From assembly GCF_030144855.1 (NCBI RefSeq), contig NC_082721.1, forward strand, positions 82,956,001 through 83,020,000: DNA of 64,000 bases, given 5' to 3'. Numbering within the stretch: the stretch's first letter is position 1; every line of letters begins with the position of its first letter. The notes below the pieces were generated by a model, which did no database searches, was not told the DNA's origin, and was given only the letters and a program-made list of their open reading frames with translations. Position numbers and translations under genes: made by a program. The DNA is from Hypanus sabinus. Lineage: Eukaryota. Positions 23,285 to 36,050 of the stretch are shown piece by piece.

Positions 23285-24570
23285 TAACAATAGACAATAG
23301 GTGCAGAAGTAGGCCATTCGGCCCTTCAAGCCTGCACCGCCATTTTGAGATCATGGCTGATCATCTACTATCAATACCCAGTTCCTGCCTTGTCCCCATA
23401 TCCCTTGATTCCCCTATCCATAAGATACCTATCTAGCTCCTTCTTGAAAGCATCCAGAGAATTGGCCTCCACTGCCTTCTGAGGCAGTGTATTCCAAACC
23501 CCCACAACTCTTTGGGAGAAGAAGTTTTTCCTTAACTCTGTCCTAAATGACCTACCCCTTATTCTCAAACCATGCCCTCTGGTACTGGACTCTCCCAGCA
23601 TCTGGAACATATTTCCTGCCTCTATCTTTTCCAATCTCTTAATAATCTTATATGTTGCAATCAGATCCCCTCTCAATCTCCTTAATTCCAGCGTGTGCAA
23701 GCCCAGTCTCTCTAACCTCTCTGCGTAAGACAGTCCTGACATCCCAGGAATTAACCTTGTGAATCTACGCTGCACTTCCTCTACAGCCAGGATGTCCTTC
23801 CTTAACCCTGGAGGCCAAAACTGTACACAATACTCCAGGTGTGGTCTCACCAGGGCCCTGTACAAATACAAGAGGATTTCCTTGAACTTGTACTCAATTC
23901 CCTTTGTAATAAAGGCCAACATTCCATTAGCCTTCTTCACTGCCTGCTGCACTTGCTCATTCACCTTCAGTGACTGATGAACAAGGACTCCTAGATCTCT
24001 TTGTATTTCTCCCTTACCTAACTTTACACCGTTCAGATAATAATCTGCCTTCCTGTTCTTACTCCCAAAGTGGATAACCTCACACTTATTCACATTAAAC
24101 GTCATCTGCCAAGTATCTGCCCACTCACCTAGCCTATCCAAGTCACCCTGAATTCTCCTAACATCCTCATCACATGTCACACAGCCACACAGCTTAGTAT
24201 CATCAGCAAACCTGCTGATGTTATTCTCAATGCCTTCATCTAAATCGTTGACGTAAATCGTAAACAGCTGTGGTCCCAATACCGAGCCCTGTGGCACCCC
24301 ACTAGTCACCACCTGCCAATCCGAGAAACACCCATTCACCGCTACCCTTTGCTTTCTATCTGCCAACCAGTTTTCTATCTATGTCAATGTCTTCCCCCCA
24401 ATGCCATGAGCTTTGATTTTACCCACCAATCTCCTATGTGGGACCTTATCAAATGCCTTCTGAAAATCGAGGTACACTACATCCACTGGATCTCCCCGTC
24501 TAACTTCCTGGTTACATCCTCGAAAAACTCCAATAGATTAGTCAAGCATGATTTACCCTTGGTAAATCAT
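23285..24570 (-). mobile_element. 5'-truncated, relatively young CR1 LINE with an open RT C-terminus
   Basis: 331-aa uninterrupted ORF 23371-24366 with GVPQGSVLGPQLF, FADDTKL and RPHLEYCVQFW. The 3' UTR ends in a short CTATTGT-type repeat tail near 23290. Confidence 0.95.
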
Positions 24571-24949
24571 AACAGGGGCTTTAGAATGTGCGCGCCCAAG
24601 GAAGGGAATGTTTTTCTTTCTTGTGTACCCGAGAGTGAGTTTTTGTTCAGCGGAAAAGGGATGGAGAAGATACCAGAATGGAGAGGTCATAGATTGCGGG
24701 ACTGAGTGGACGTGGAATGGGGTTGGGAGTCGATGGCACCTAGGGAGAAATCATTGGAGAAGGAACGGACGGGAAACTCGTTATGTCCAACGTGCACAAT
24801 AGACTGTTTCATTACCCTGGTCATCCTCTGTCACTCCAAGGAGAAAAGGCTGAGTTCACTCAACCTATCCTCATAACATGCTCCCCAATACAGGCAGCAT
24901 CCTTTCTTTGGGTTCCACATAGAAAGGAGCACAGTAATCCAAGTGGGGT

Positions 24950-25158
24950 CTGAAGAAGAAGAAAGCCCTTAGCTCCAAGTGGAATCATCGGGACACTGTC
25001 ATGACAGCATTTTTTTAAGCAGGCTTTCTTGTTTTTACAAGGCCGAGTTGCTAGCTCCACGCTCAACACAGCACGGATGGAAAGCGTGCAAGGGAGCCAG
25101 CTGGATTCGAACTCATGAGCCTTCGCTCTGAAGTCTGGTGCTAATGCCACTATGCCAC
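24950..25158 (-). mobile_element. tRNA-derived SINE, with a second copy on + at about 56355-56580
   Basis: Reverse complement reads GGTGGCATAGTGG (A box)..GAGTTCGAATCC (B box)..ccatccgtgctg.gttgagcgt..gctagcaa, shared with the 56355 copy. Confidence 0.75.
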
Positions 25159-25179
25159 CTGGGTCCTATATAGTGCAAC

Positions 25180-27715
25180 ATTACCTCTCAGCTCTTAAAC
25201 TCAATTCCACAATTGATGAAGGCCAATGCAACATATGCTTTCTTAACTACAGACTGAACCCTCTCCAGTGCCAGCACATATTTTCTTAAAAGAAGAGCCC
25301 AAAACTGTTCACAATACTCAAGGTGAGTACCTTATAAAGCCTCAGAATCACATCCCTGCTCTTGAATTCTAAACCTCTTGAAATGAATGCTAACATTGCA
25401 TTTACCTTCCTCACCACTGACTCTACCTACAAGTTAACCTTTAGGATGTTCTACACAAGGACTCCCAAGTACTTTTTCATCTCAGATTTTTGGATTTTCT
25501 CCCTGTTTAGAAAATAGTCTGCACATTTATTTCTACTACCAAAGTGCATGACCATGCATTTTCTAACATTGTATTTCATTTGCCACTCTCTTGCCCATTC
25601 TCCTAATCTGTCCAAGTACCTTCTGCATCCTACCTGTTTCCTCAACACTACCTGCCTCTCCACCAATCTTCGTATCATCTGCAAACTTGGCAACAAAGCC
25701 ATATATTTCATGATTAAATTCATTGATATAGTGGCTAGTAGTCCCAACACCACTAGTCACTGACAGCCAACCAGAAAAAGGATCCTTTATCCCCACTCTT
25801 TGCCTCCTACCAATCAGACAATGTTCTAATTATACCAGTAAATTTCTTGTAATACCATGGGCTCTTAACTTGGTAATCACCCTCATGTGTGGCACCTTGT
25901 CAAAGGCCTTGTGAAAGTCCAAATGTACAACATCCACTGCATCTCCTTTATTTACCCTACTTGTAATCTCCTCAAAGAATTCCAACAGGTTCAACAGGCA
26001 AGGTTTTCCCTTAAGGATACCATGTTGACTTTGTCCTGTCTTGTCCTGTCTTGTCCTGTGTCACCAAGTACCCAATAACCTTATGCTTAACAATTGACTT
26101 CAGCACCTCCCCAACCATCGAGCTCAGGCTAACTGGTCTATAACTGCTGCCTTCCTCCTTTCTTAAAGAGTGGAGTGGCAGGATGCCAGAGTCTAATGAT
26201 TTTGAAAGATTATTACTAATGCCTCCACAATCTCTACCACTGCCTATTTCAGATCCTTAGGGTGCAATTCACCTGGTCCAGGCGACTTATGCAACTTTAG
26301 GTCTTTCAGCTTTTAAAGCACCTTCTCCCTTGTAATGTAACGGTACTCACTTCTCTTCCCTCACACACTTCAACACTGCTGGTATCTTCCACAGTGAAAA
26401 GTGATGCAAAGTACTCACTTAGTTCATCTGCCATCTCTTTGTCCGGTTACTATTTCTCCGGTCTCATTTTCTAGCGGATATATATCCACTCATCTCTCAT
26501 TTTTTTACATACTTGAAAAAGCTTTTACTGTTGCTAATTTGCTTTCATATTTCACCTTTCCCCTCCTAATAATTCTTTTTGTTGTTCTCTGTAGTTTTTT
26601 AAAAGCATTCCAACCTCTGTCTTCTCACTAATTTTTACTTTGTTGTATGCCCTCTCTTTTGGTTTTACATTAGCTTTGATTTCCCTTGTAAACTATGGTT
26701 GTACTATTTTGCCATTTGAATATTTCTTTGTTTTTGGAATACATCTATACTATACCTTCCTATTTTTCTCAGAAACTCACACCATTGCTGCTCTGTTATC
26801 ATCCCTGCCAGCATCTCTTTCCAATTTACTTTGGCCAACTCCTCTCTCGTGCTACTGTAATCTCCTTTACTCCACTGAAGTACTGCTACTTCAGAATTTA
26901 CTTTCCTCCCATCAAATTTCAAGCTGAACTCAATCGTATTGTGATCACTGACACATAAGAGTTATTTTACCTCAAACTCCTAATCACCTCCAGGTCATTA
27001 CATAACACCCAGTCCGGTACAGCTGATCCCCTGGAGGCTCAACAACAAACTGCTCTAAAAAGCCACCTCTTAGGCATTCAACAAACTCTCTCTCGAGATC
27101 CATTGCCAACCTAATTTTCCCCAAGCGATCTTCATGTTGAAATCTCCGATGACTATCATAACATTGCCCTTTTGACGTGCCTTTTCTATTCCCTGTGGTC
27201 CACATCCCAGCTACTGTAAGGAGGTCTATATATTACTGTAATCAGGGTCCTTTTACCCTTGCAGTTTCCTAACTCAACCCACAAGGATTCAACATCTTCT
27301 GATTCTATGTCACATCTTTCTACTGATTTGATGGTATTCATTACCAGCAGAGCCATGCCACCCCCCCCCCCACCACCACCCACCTACCTTCCTGTCCCTC
27401 CAATACAATGTGTAACCTAGGACATTCAGTTCTCAACTACAACCATCCTTCAGCCACAATTCTGTGATGGCCACAACATCATATCTAGCAATCTATAACA
27501 TTGCAACAAGATCATCCTATACTACGCGCATTGAGTACTGCATTTGCTACCCTTTTTGATTCTGCATCCCTGCTGGATACAATTACGTCCTGCCCTTCCT
27601 GACAGTCTGACTGTATGCTATCTTTGCCTTTTCTACCATCCGTCCTATCCTGAGTCCCTTCACTCCAGTTCTCAACCCGCTGCCAAATTAGTTTAAACCC
27701 TCCCCAACATATGAA
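25180..27715 (-). mobile_element. Decayed CR1 LINE (endonuclease to RT)
   Basis: ESLWVELGNCKGKRTLITVIYRPP (ORF 27186), GFLEQFVVEP, FADDTKIGG (ORF 25563). Frameshifts and internal gaps. Confidence 0.88.
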
Positions 27716-27870
27716 GATCTTGATCGGGTATTGAAAGAGTGGATTCATCAGTGTCACAGTGAACATTCACCACTTAACGGTACGCTGATCATGAAACAAG
27801 AGAAGATCTATCATGACAAACTGAAAATTGAAGGAAATTGAGAACTTTAAGCAGGTTGGTTGCAAAAATA
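27715..27870 (+). mobile_element. Duplicated fragment of a pogo/Tigger transposase HTH
   Basis: Near-copy of 28350-28510 (tattgaaagagtgga..ccacttaacggtacg.tgatcatgaaacaag). Confidence 0.75.
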
Positions 27871-28123
27871 AAAGAAAGTACTAAAAGAACTCAACAGGCA
27901 AAGTGATGGTCATCATTTCAGGCCAAGATCTTACAGTAGGACTGAGAAAACAGAGTGAAGATAGCCAGAATATAGAAGTGAGGGGGAAAAGTAAAGTATG
28001 CATGGTTGGAGCTAAAAGACCACACTGACAGGAAGTCGGAGAAAGAGCGGCATACAGTCTTGACATGCCAAGCACAGAGTGACCTCCCATTCTGCATAAT
28101 GGCAGTATAGTTCTAACCAACCA

Positions 28124-28795
28124 CAGGATGAGTACCCCTTATACGAAATTCCAAACTCTGAGAACCTCCGAAACATGAAATTGTTTTGAGAGCTGACTGG
28201 ACGTCATAAATGGAAAATTCTGCAAGGCGCTAGGAAAGTTCCCAGGTGACGCAGATGACTCTGCGCATCACAGACAGCTTTGAGAAGTGACCTCACATAT
28301 GTAATGAACCAAAGTTACTGAAAACACTAGATAAAGCCAAAGAAAAATGAAGATCTTTGCTCTGTATTGAAAGAGTGGACTCGTCAGCGTCAGAGTGAGC
28401 ATTCGCCACTTAACGGTACGTTGATCATGAAACAAGCACAGTTCTATCAGGACGAATTGAAAATTGAAGGCATTTGTGCATATAAAGCAGGTTGGTTGCA
28501 GAAATATAAGAAAAGGCACGGCATTAAATTCTTTGAAGGTTTGTGGCGATAAAGCATCTGCTGATCACGAAGCAGCAGAGAAATTCATTGATTTTGCGAA
28601 GATCTGTATGATGAAAATCTAGCATGCCGAACAGCTGCATCGAAACATGTGTACTGAACAAGTTACTTTAAGGAATGCTTACATGCAGCAAATAAATTCA
28701 GAGTCGGAAATGAAGGTTTTCACAATCTATTTCATTATATTATTCCAAACTCCGGAAAAAATCCGAAATCTGAAACACTTCCGGCCCCACGTACA
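28124..28795 (+). mobile_element. pogo/Tigger-type DNA transposon remnant
   Basis: KEWTRQRQSEHSPLNGTLIMKQAQ..AGWLQKYKKRHGIKF is a CENP-B-type HTH. Terminal text CAGGATGAGTACCCCTTAT and ccgaaatctgaaacactt resembles Tigger TIRs. Confidence 0.8.
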
Positions 28796-29099
28796 TTCCA
28801 CCCCTGAATGTTACAGTTGAGGCACCTACACAAACTCTAAAAATGTCTTCTGACTCCCCCCACAATGGCAGAACGAACGCCTCCACTCACGTTGATATTC
28901 AAAATAAATTCTCCAATGGAGGTAGGTTAGTTTTAGTGACGGTCTTGGGGATGCAATACCAGGAAGAAGTTGACACTGCACCGGAGAATTATGAGAGATT
29001 CAGAACTGACACTGAGAGTTGAACTGTATAACAAACTGCGCATTTTGCACAATGCACAACTTGTCATGTTCCAGAAGAGCAAGGTGTTCATGAACCCAA

Positions 29100-30110
29100 C
29101 TTTTACTAGTCGATCGGCAGTGACGCAACAGCTGTAGGTGTACGAATGTTAAAAAAAAGATCCCTAGTCACGGCCCGAAGTGGGGAGGGGGTGGGGAAGT
29201 CCTCGGAACCTCCATCCCGGAAGCGCTGCCACCTCTTACATCGCTCGTTGCCGCCAAGCAGAAGATCAGTGCTCGCTCTTCGCGTTGATTTCGGGACGTT
29301 TTTCCAAAAAAAAACCACATTCGGACCACGTTTTTTTTTTGAGATTCGATTATTATGTATTTCAGGTCGATTTACCTTTTCGCTTTACTCTTCGTGGTAA
29401 CAGGTAGGTAAAGTGGTTTTAATCATGATCAATGGCGCAGCGTTGGAGAGTAACTGTACATACTGTGTATTTCGGATTGCGCGCTACTGAGTGGTTTATT
29501 AAACATGGACCTTATCTCGTTTCCTGTCGCGTCGCAATCTTCATTTTGGTAAAACTGAAATTTTACGTTAACTTGAATTCCGCTCAAGAATGGCAAAGAA
29601 GAGAGAAATGAAAACTAGTCACCGAGCAAAATAGATGCATGAAAATTTAAATTTAAGAATATATCTCATAATTTTACTCTTTAGGTCAGAAGCATTTTCA
29701 TTCCGTTTCTCAGTCCCTGGTCACTATTCTCTCAGTACTCTCTACACTCGATCACTGGTGTGCGCTGGGCTGAGTCTGACCGCGGGTCCGTTTTTGGCTC
29801 CGTTTACAACTCCGTATCTTTGTGTGAAACTGCAACAGCCACCAAAGTGCACACAGCCCGAGTTCCTGTACTTCCTTCCGATATAACAGTCTGACCAGTC
29901 ACCATAACGCGCCTGATGCAAGGTCTCCTCTGGAAACGCCGTCAGTTCCTTTTCCCGACACGGAAGCGACCGACCCGCTGAGTTTGTTGTTCCAGGTTCC
30001 CGCATCTGCAATCACCGGAGTCTCTATGTGACCATTCTGCTCTGGCACGACACCAAATCCCTCACAAATTCCCTTCCCTGAGTCCCCCAAGGGCTTTGGG
30101 GCAGCTGGAA
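29100..30110 (+). promoter_or_regulatory. CpG-rich promoter and first-intron region of gene 2
   Basis: CpG density is clearly above the surrounding CpG-depleted DNA and the region is not repeat-derived. TGACGCAA (29121-29128), G-rich Sp/KLF-like tract (29182-29196), kappaB-like GGGGAAGTCC (29193-29202), ETS core CCGGAAG (29217-29223). It surrounds the leader exon. Confidence 0.7.
29355..29403 (+). CDS. Gene 2 exon 1: signal peptide
   Basis: attATG (A at -3) MYFRSIYLFALLFVVT plus G|gtaggt phase-1 donor. Joins the 36637 exon as ..VVT-GKLNG/FEV, giving plausible n-, h- and c-regions. Confidence 0.8.
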
Positions 30111-30411
30111 GAAACATTTTTTAAAAAAATTCAACTCCTGGAAATATGAAATAAAGGCAGTTATGAAGAAAGGTCTTCAACCAGAAATGTTAACTTTATT
30201 TTTCCTTCCCGGGTGCTTCCTGGTCTACTGGGTGTTTCCAACATTTGCTGTTTCATTTCAGATGGAAGAGCTTTTTCTCCCCCAATTTCTTAACCAACAA
30301 CGCCACCCAAAGGTGTCACACCAATCACAAAAAAGGTCATGGGAGCTGGTGCGTGGGTTTACCAACGCTGGTACATTCCCCACCTGGGTACACGTCATTC
30401 TGACCGGGAGA

Positions 30412-31248
30412 TACACCCTGGCCACTTCATTAGGTAACTCCTGTACCCAATAAAGTGGTCACTGAGTGTATGTCTGGGGTCTTCAGCTGCTGTAGTCCAC
30501 CTACTTTAAGGTTTGACAAGTTGTGCATTCAGGGATGCTCTGCTGCACACCACTGTTGTAACACATAGTTATTTGAGTTATTGTTGCCTTCCTGTCAGCT
30601 TGAACCAGACTAGACATTCTCCTGTGATCTTTCTCATTAACAAGGCATTTTCACACAGAACTGCTGCTCACTTGATTTTTTTTGTCCTTAATGCCATTCT
30701 CTGTAAACATTAGATACTGCTGTGAGTGAAGATCCCAAGAGATCAGCAGTTTCCAAGATATTTAAGCCCTTCCTGTGGCTAAACCCGCTCATGGGAAAGG
30801 GAAAAATCCGGAGCTGCAGTCCCTAAGCCAGAGCTACATTGAGTTCAATGGTGATCGGCAGCTCCTGAAATACTTCTGTACCAAACTATATCGGTTCCTT
30901 TGGGTTTATCAGATGCATGGAGAGGGGCAGTTTTCTACATGGGCAACAGCTTGCTCTCCATATCATACTGACCAGGCTTGAATATCTAGACATGCAGCAC
31001 TCATGGTCAACACTGACCAACAGAGGCTCTCACCTCACCTGTCTGGCACCAACAATCATTCCACGTTCAAAGTCACGTAGATCATATTTCTTATCCATGC
31101 TGATGTTTGGTCTAAACAACAATTGAACCTCTTGGCCATGTCTACCAACTTTTATGTTTTGAGTTGCTGCCACATGATTGGCTGATTAGATGTTTGCATT
31201 AACGAGCAGTTGTACGGGATTAGTTAATAAAGTTGGCCACTGAGTGTA
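30412..31248 (-). mobile_element. Non-autonomous Tc1-derived element, copy 2, with an internal insert
   Basis: Same TIR as the 20123 and 55571 copies. Ends aataaagttggccactgagtgta at 31248. Confidence 0.75.
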
Positions 31249-31719
31249 TTCTGTCATTCATTCAACATCACTGGGTATAAATCCTGGAACTCGGACCCCC
31301 ACCTTCACCTGAAGAGCCGAGGCAGTTCAAGAAAACATCTCTAGGGATATTGGGCATGGTCTATAGTTGAATCACAAACAAGAGAAAACCTGCCACTGCT
31401 TGAAATCAAAGTAATACACTCAAAATGCTGGAGGAACTCAGCAGACCAGGCAGCATCTATGGAAAAGAATAAACAGTCGATATTTTGGGCCAAGACTGTT
31501 CATTAGATGGTAGTTAACTGAAACATCTCTATCACAATACAGAAAAAACAAACAACTTCCTTCCCCTTTTGATTTAAAACTTATTCGGATTTTCTCATTG
31601 TGGCTCTTCAAAAAATCAATTTCCCTGTCCAACATTTAGATCTACGGACCAATCTGAGAGGTAGCCTTGACCTTCAGACACAAGAGGTTATTTCAAATAG
31701 TTAAGAGAAAACAATTGGC

Positions 31720-32330
31720 TTCATCACAGAAGATGGATAGTTGTGGTGCTTTTCTGACTGGAGGACTGCACCCATCGGTGTTCTGTCAGTCCAGGGATCT
31801 CTTGTTTGTAATTTAAATTAATAACTTGGATGAGCATGTGGATGGTCTGATCAGTAAGTTTGCAGAGAAATTGTTGGAGTACTGGAGAGTGAGGAACATT
31901 GTCAAAGGGCATAACAGGGGTTACAGGAGATCAGTTGGAAATTTAGGCAAATAAGTGTGAGCTGATGCATTCTTGGATGTCAAAGACTAGAGAAATTATA
32001 CATTAAATGACAGGACACTTGAGAGTATTGATGTACAGAGGGATATTGGGGTGGATGTCCATTGCTCCCTGAAAGTGGAAAGGGCAGTAAAGACAGTGTG
32101 AAGCGTGCTCGCCTTCACTGGTGGGAACACTGAGCATGAACGTTGACAGGTACGTTCCAGCTATACAAGACATTGGTTCAGCTATATTTGGAATATTTGT
32201 GTAGCTCTGGTCACCCCATTGAGAAAGGATGTGGAAGATTTGAATAGGTGCATAAGAGATTCATCAGAATGTTGTCTGGATTGTGGTGTATTATCTACAA
32301 GGAAAGGCAAGAGCATCGGATGCTGAGAGG
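31720..32330 (+). mobile_element. Decayed CR1 RT fragment
   Basis: Remnants of LLFVIYINDLD, ISKFADD and RPxLEYC. Confidence 0.7.
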
Positions 32331-32339
32331 CAACATGAT

Positions 32340-33290
32340 ATATAGGGCAGAGAATCAGTGTTCCTCACAGGTTGGAAGTGTCATAGTTTTATGGGGACAG
32401 AAGGTTTAAGTTGCCCTTGCAGAAGATTCATTTGGATTTTGCCAGACCATTCGTGGGCACAAATCTCTAGGCAGTGGTCGATGCAGCTACAAAGTGGCCA
32501 GATGTGTTTCCAATGGCCTCCACTGCAGCTTTGCACAATGTTGATGTGCTGAGAAGCCTCTTCTCAAGACTGCTGTTCCAGAATACTTAGTCAGTGACAA
32601 TGGAGCACAGTTTGTTGTGGATCAGTCATTCCTGAAAATGAATGGAATAAGACATATTACACCTGCACTATACCACCCAGCTACAAATGGTTTGGTGTAA
32701 AGTTTTGTCCAGAATCTAAAGAACGCTCTGTGAGCAATGTCATCAGAACACAGGACACTGAATCAGAACCTCGACAATCCTCTCCTTGCATATCGCAATG
32801 CAGCACAGTTCAAAACCAACAACTCACCAGCTCTGCTTTCCTGGGACGTCCCTTGTGCTCACGCTTGGATTTCCTCAATCCCAGTCTCAGATGGAGTACG
32901 CAGGACAAGCAGCGGGGACAAATTGAGGGTTTAATGTTTCATTCCTGAACAAGCTGTCCTAGTGAGGGACGACAGAGATGATCAAAAGTGAGTACTTAGA
33001 AAGATTAAGGACAGAACTGGAACATTCTCCTGCAGAGTGGGCTTGTGTCTGATGTCACCTGGAGATGACATGTTCGATCATGTTGAGGAGTTGAGGAGAG
33101 CAGAGTCCATTGGACAACCACCCTGGAGGAGGACCAGAACCTGAGATTGTCTGATAGTCACAAAATTCACAAGCCAAGCAGAGTGACCCTCTTCTCAGGG
33201 AAGACTTAATCGCACAAGGGTATGAAATCCTCCACAGTGATTAAATCATTAGGCTTGAATTGGGCATCCTAAAATTTATTATGCTGTGGA
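32340..33290 (+). mobile_element. Gypsy-type LTR retrotransposon integrase remnant
   Basis: IHLDFARPF, AVVDAATKWPDVF and YLVSDNGAQF readable across frameshifts. Confidence 0.75.
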
Positions 33291-33330
33291 TGCCTATATA
33301 GTCATTGTATTATATAGTATACTGAATAGA

Positions 33331-34920
33331 CAGTGCCTATCAAAAAGTATTCACCCTCCCTTGGGAGTTTTCAAGTTTTATTGTTTTACAACAGTGAATC
33401 ACAGTGGATTTAATTTGGCTCTTTTGACATTGATCAACAGAAAAAATTCTTTTGTATCAAAGTGAAAACAAATTTCTACAAATTGGTCTAAATTTATTAC
33501 AATTATTAAACCCAAAATAATTGAATGCATAATTACTCACCCCTTCAAGTCAGTATTTAGTAGGTGAACCTTTGCAACAAATACAGCTTTGAGTCTGTGT
33601 GGATAGGTCTCTATCAGCTTTGTACATCTGGACACTGCAATTTTTCCCTATTTTTCTTGACAAAGCTGCTCAAGCTCTGTCAGATTACATGAGGATCATG
33701 AGTGAACAGCCCTTTTCAGGTCCAGCCACAAATTCTCAATTGGTTGAGGTCTGAACTCTGACTTGGCCCCTCCAGGACATTAACTTTGCTGTTATTAGGC
33801 TATTCCTGTGCTGCTTTGGCTTTACGCTTCTGGTCTAGCTGGAAAACAAATCTTCGTTCAAGTCACAGTTCTCCTGCAAATTGCATCGATTTTTCTTCCA
33901 GGATTTCTCTGTATTTTGCTGCAATAATTTTACCCTCTACCTTCACAAGCCTTGCAGGGCCTGCTGCAGTGAAGCATTGCCACAGCATGATGCAGCCATC
34001 ATCATGCTTCAGGATTTTTGATGATGTGTGGTATTATGCTTACACTAAACATAGTGTTTAGTCTGATGGCCAAAAAACTCAATGTTGCTTTCATCAGACC
34101 ATAAACCCTTCTTCCAGCTGACTTCAGAGTCTCCCAAATGCCTTCTGGCATTTTATGTGAGTTTTTGTTTCAACTGTGGCTTTCCCTTTGCCACTCTCCC
34201 ACAAAGCCGTGACTGGTGAAGCACCCGGGCAACAGTTGTTGTATACGCAGTCTCTCCCATCTCAGCCATTGAAGCTTGTAACTTCTTTAGAGTTGTCATA
34301 GGTCTCTTGGTGGCCTCCCTCACTAGTCCCCTTCTTGCACGGTCACTCAGTTTTTGAGGACGGCTGCTCTGGACAGATTTACTGCTGTGCCATATTCTTT
34401 CCATTTCTTGATGATTGACTTAACTGTATTTTAAGGGAGATTCAGTGACTTGGAAATTTTCTTGTATCCATCTCCTAATGTGCTTTTCAATAACCTTTTT
34501 GTGGAGTTGCTTGGAGTGTTCTTTTGTCTTTGTGGTGTAGATTTTGCCAGGATCCTGACTCACCAGCAGTTGGACCTTCCAGATGCAAGTGTATTTTTAC
34601 TGCAGTCAGTTGAAACACCTTGACAGCACAGGTCTCCAAAAACAAAATCATCTGATTGGATAAGGATTCCCGCCCCCTTTAATATGACACACTAAATCAT
34701 CACTGGTGCAGCCAATTGGTTTTAGAAGTCATATCATTAGTTAAATGGTCCAATCAATTATTTTGTGTTTTATATTTGTAATTAATTTAGATCATTGGAA
34801 GAGATCTGTTTTCATTTTGACACTAAAGAGTCTTTCTGTGGATCAGTGTCAAAAAGAGCCAAATTAAATTAAATCCACTGTGATTCAAAGTGGTAAACAG
34901 TACAACAAGAAAACTTACAA
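33331..34920 (-). mobile_element. Tc1-like DNA transposon, near full length, transposase disrupted
   Basis: Left end CAGTGCC. Long TIRs: 33380-33480 is the reverse complement of about 34800-34890. ORF 34153-34404 LSDRARRGLVREATKRPMTTLK..GRVAKGKP, plus a GCIMLW motif and a PSQSSDLN (SPDLNP-like) motif on the minus strand. Confidence 0.9.
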
Positions 34921-35379
34921 CATTGTAAATGTGGTGGTAACTGTAAATAGATAATGTATTATCTGATGAAGCATTCTTTGTTTGTTTACATAATTCATTA
35001 TGGGTTACCTGTAAGACGTTTGTGAATGGCACACGTCATTATGTCACTGTAACATATGTGAGTGCTAAAAAGGAAAGGGAAAAGGAACACTCAGCAGACA
35101 AATATCCCGGCTCCCACGTGCTTTACTCAATTAGTTTCTGGAGTTACCAAGCATAGCATGCCCGTTGGGAGAGCAGAAACAAACAAGTGTCTATGCTCAA
35201 TGGATCTTTGATTATGTTGGCTGCTTTACTGAGAGAGCAAGAAGTATAGTGCAGACACAATGGGCTGAAGGGCCTGTTCCTGTTCTGTACAGCTCTATAT
35301 TGTAAAAGGAAGTGCCTCCGTCTGCAGTCTCTACAAGCAGTGTTGTGTGCTTTTTTGGATGTTCAGCCAATATTCCTTC

Positions 35380-36050
35380 AGATGGTTTCCTCTATTAATT
35401 TGTATGTCTTTGCCTCAAAAATAAAATCACTAAGGTTGTATTGAGTACAGGAGAAAGGATGTTATATTACAGCTGTATAAGACATTGGGTGAAGCCGAAT
35501 TTGAAGTATTCTGTGCAGTTTTGTTCACCTTACCTACAGGAAAGATATAAATAAGTTTGGAAAAAGTGCAGAGATAATTTACAAGCATGTTGCTGGGTTT
35601 GGGGGACCTGAGTTATAAGGAAAGATTAAATAGGTTAGGACTTTATTCCTTAGAACATAGAAGACTGAGAGGAGATTTGATAGAGGTATACAAAATTATG
35701 AGGGGTATCGATAGGGTAACTGCAAGCAGGCTTTTTCCACTGAGGTTGGTTGGGACTACAACCAGAGGTCATGGTAAAGAGTGAAAGGTGAAATGTTTAA
35801 AGGGAACGTGAGAGGAAACCTCTTCACTCAGAGGAGCTTGAGAGTGTGGAACAAGTTGCCAGCACAACTGGTGCATGAGAATCCATTTCAATGTTCAAGC
35901 AAAGTTTCCACAGGTATTTGATAGTAGGGGTATGCAGTGCTTTGGTCCCAGTGCAGGTTGATGGGAGAAGACAGTTAAAATGGTTTGGCATGGACTAGAG
36001 GGGCTGAAGGGCCTGTTCCTGTGCTGTACTTTTCTATGACTCTATGGTCA
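35380..36050 (+). mobile_element. CR1 LINE 3' fragment
   Basis: LSYKERLNRLGLYSLEHRRLRGDLIEVYKIMRGIDRV..TRGH (ORF 35587). Confidence 0.88.

Noticed and set aside
26030-26060. Short local tandem duplications (also 14140-14170 and 20285-20320)
   Set aside because: Ordinary slippage inside decayed transposons.
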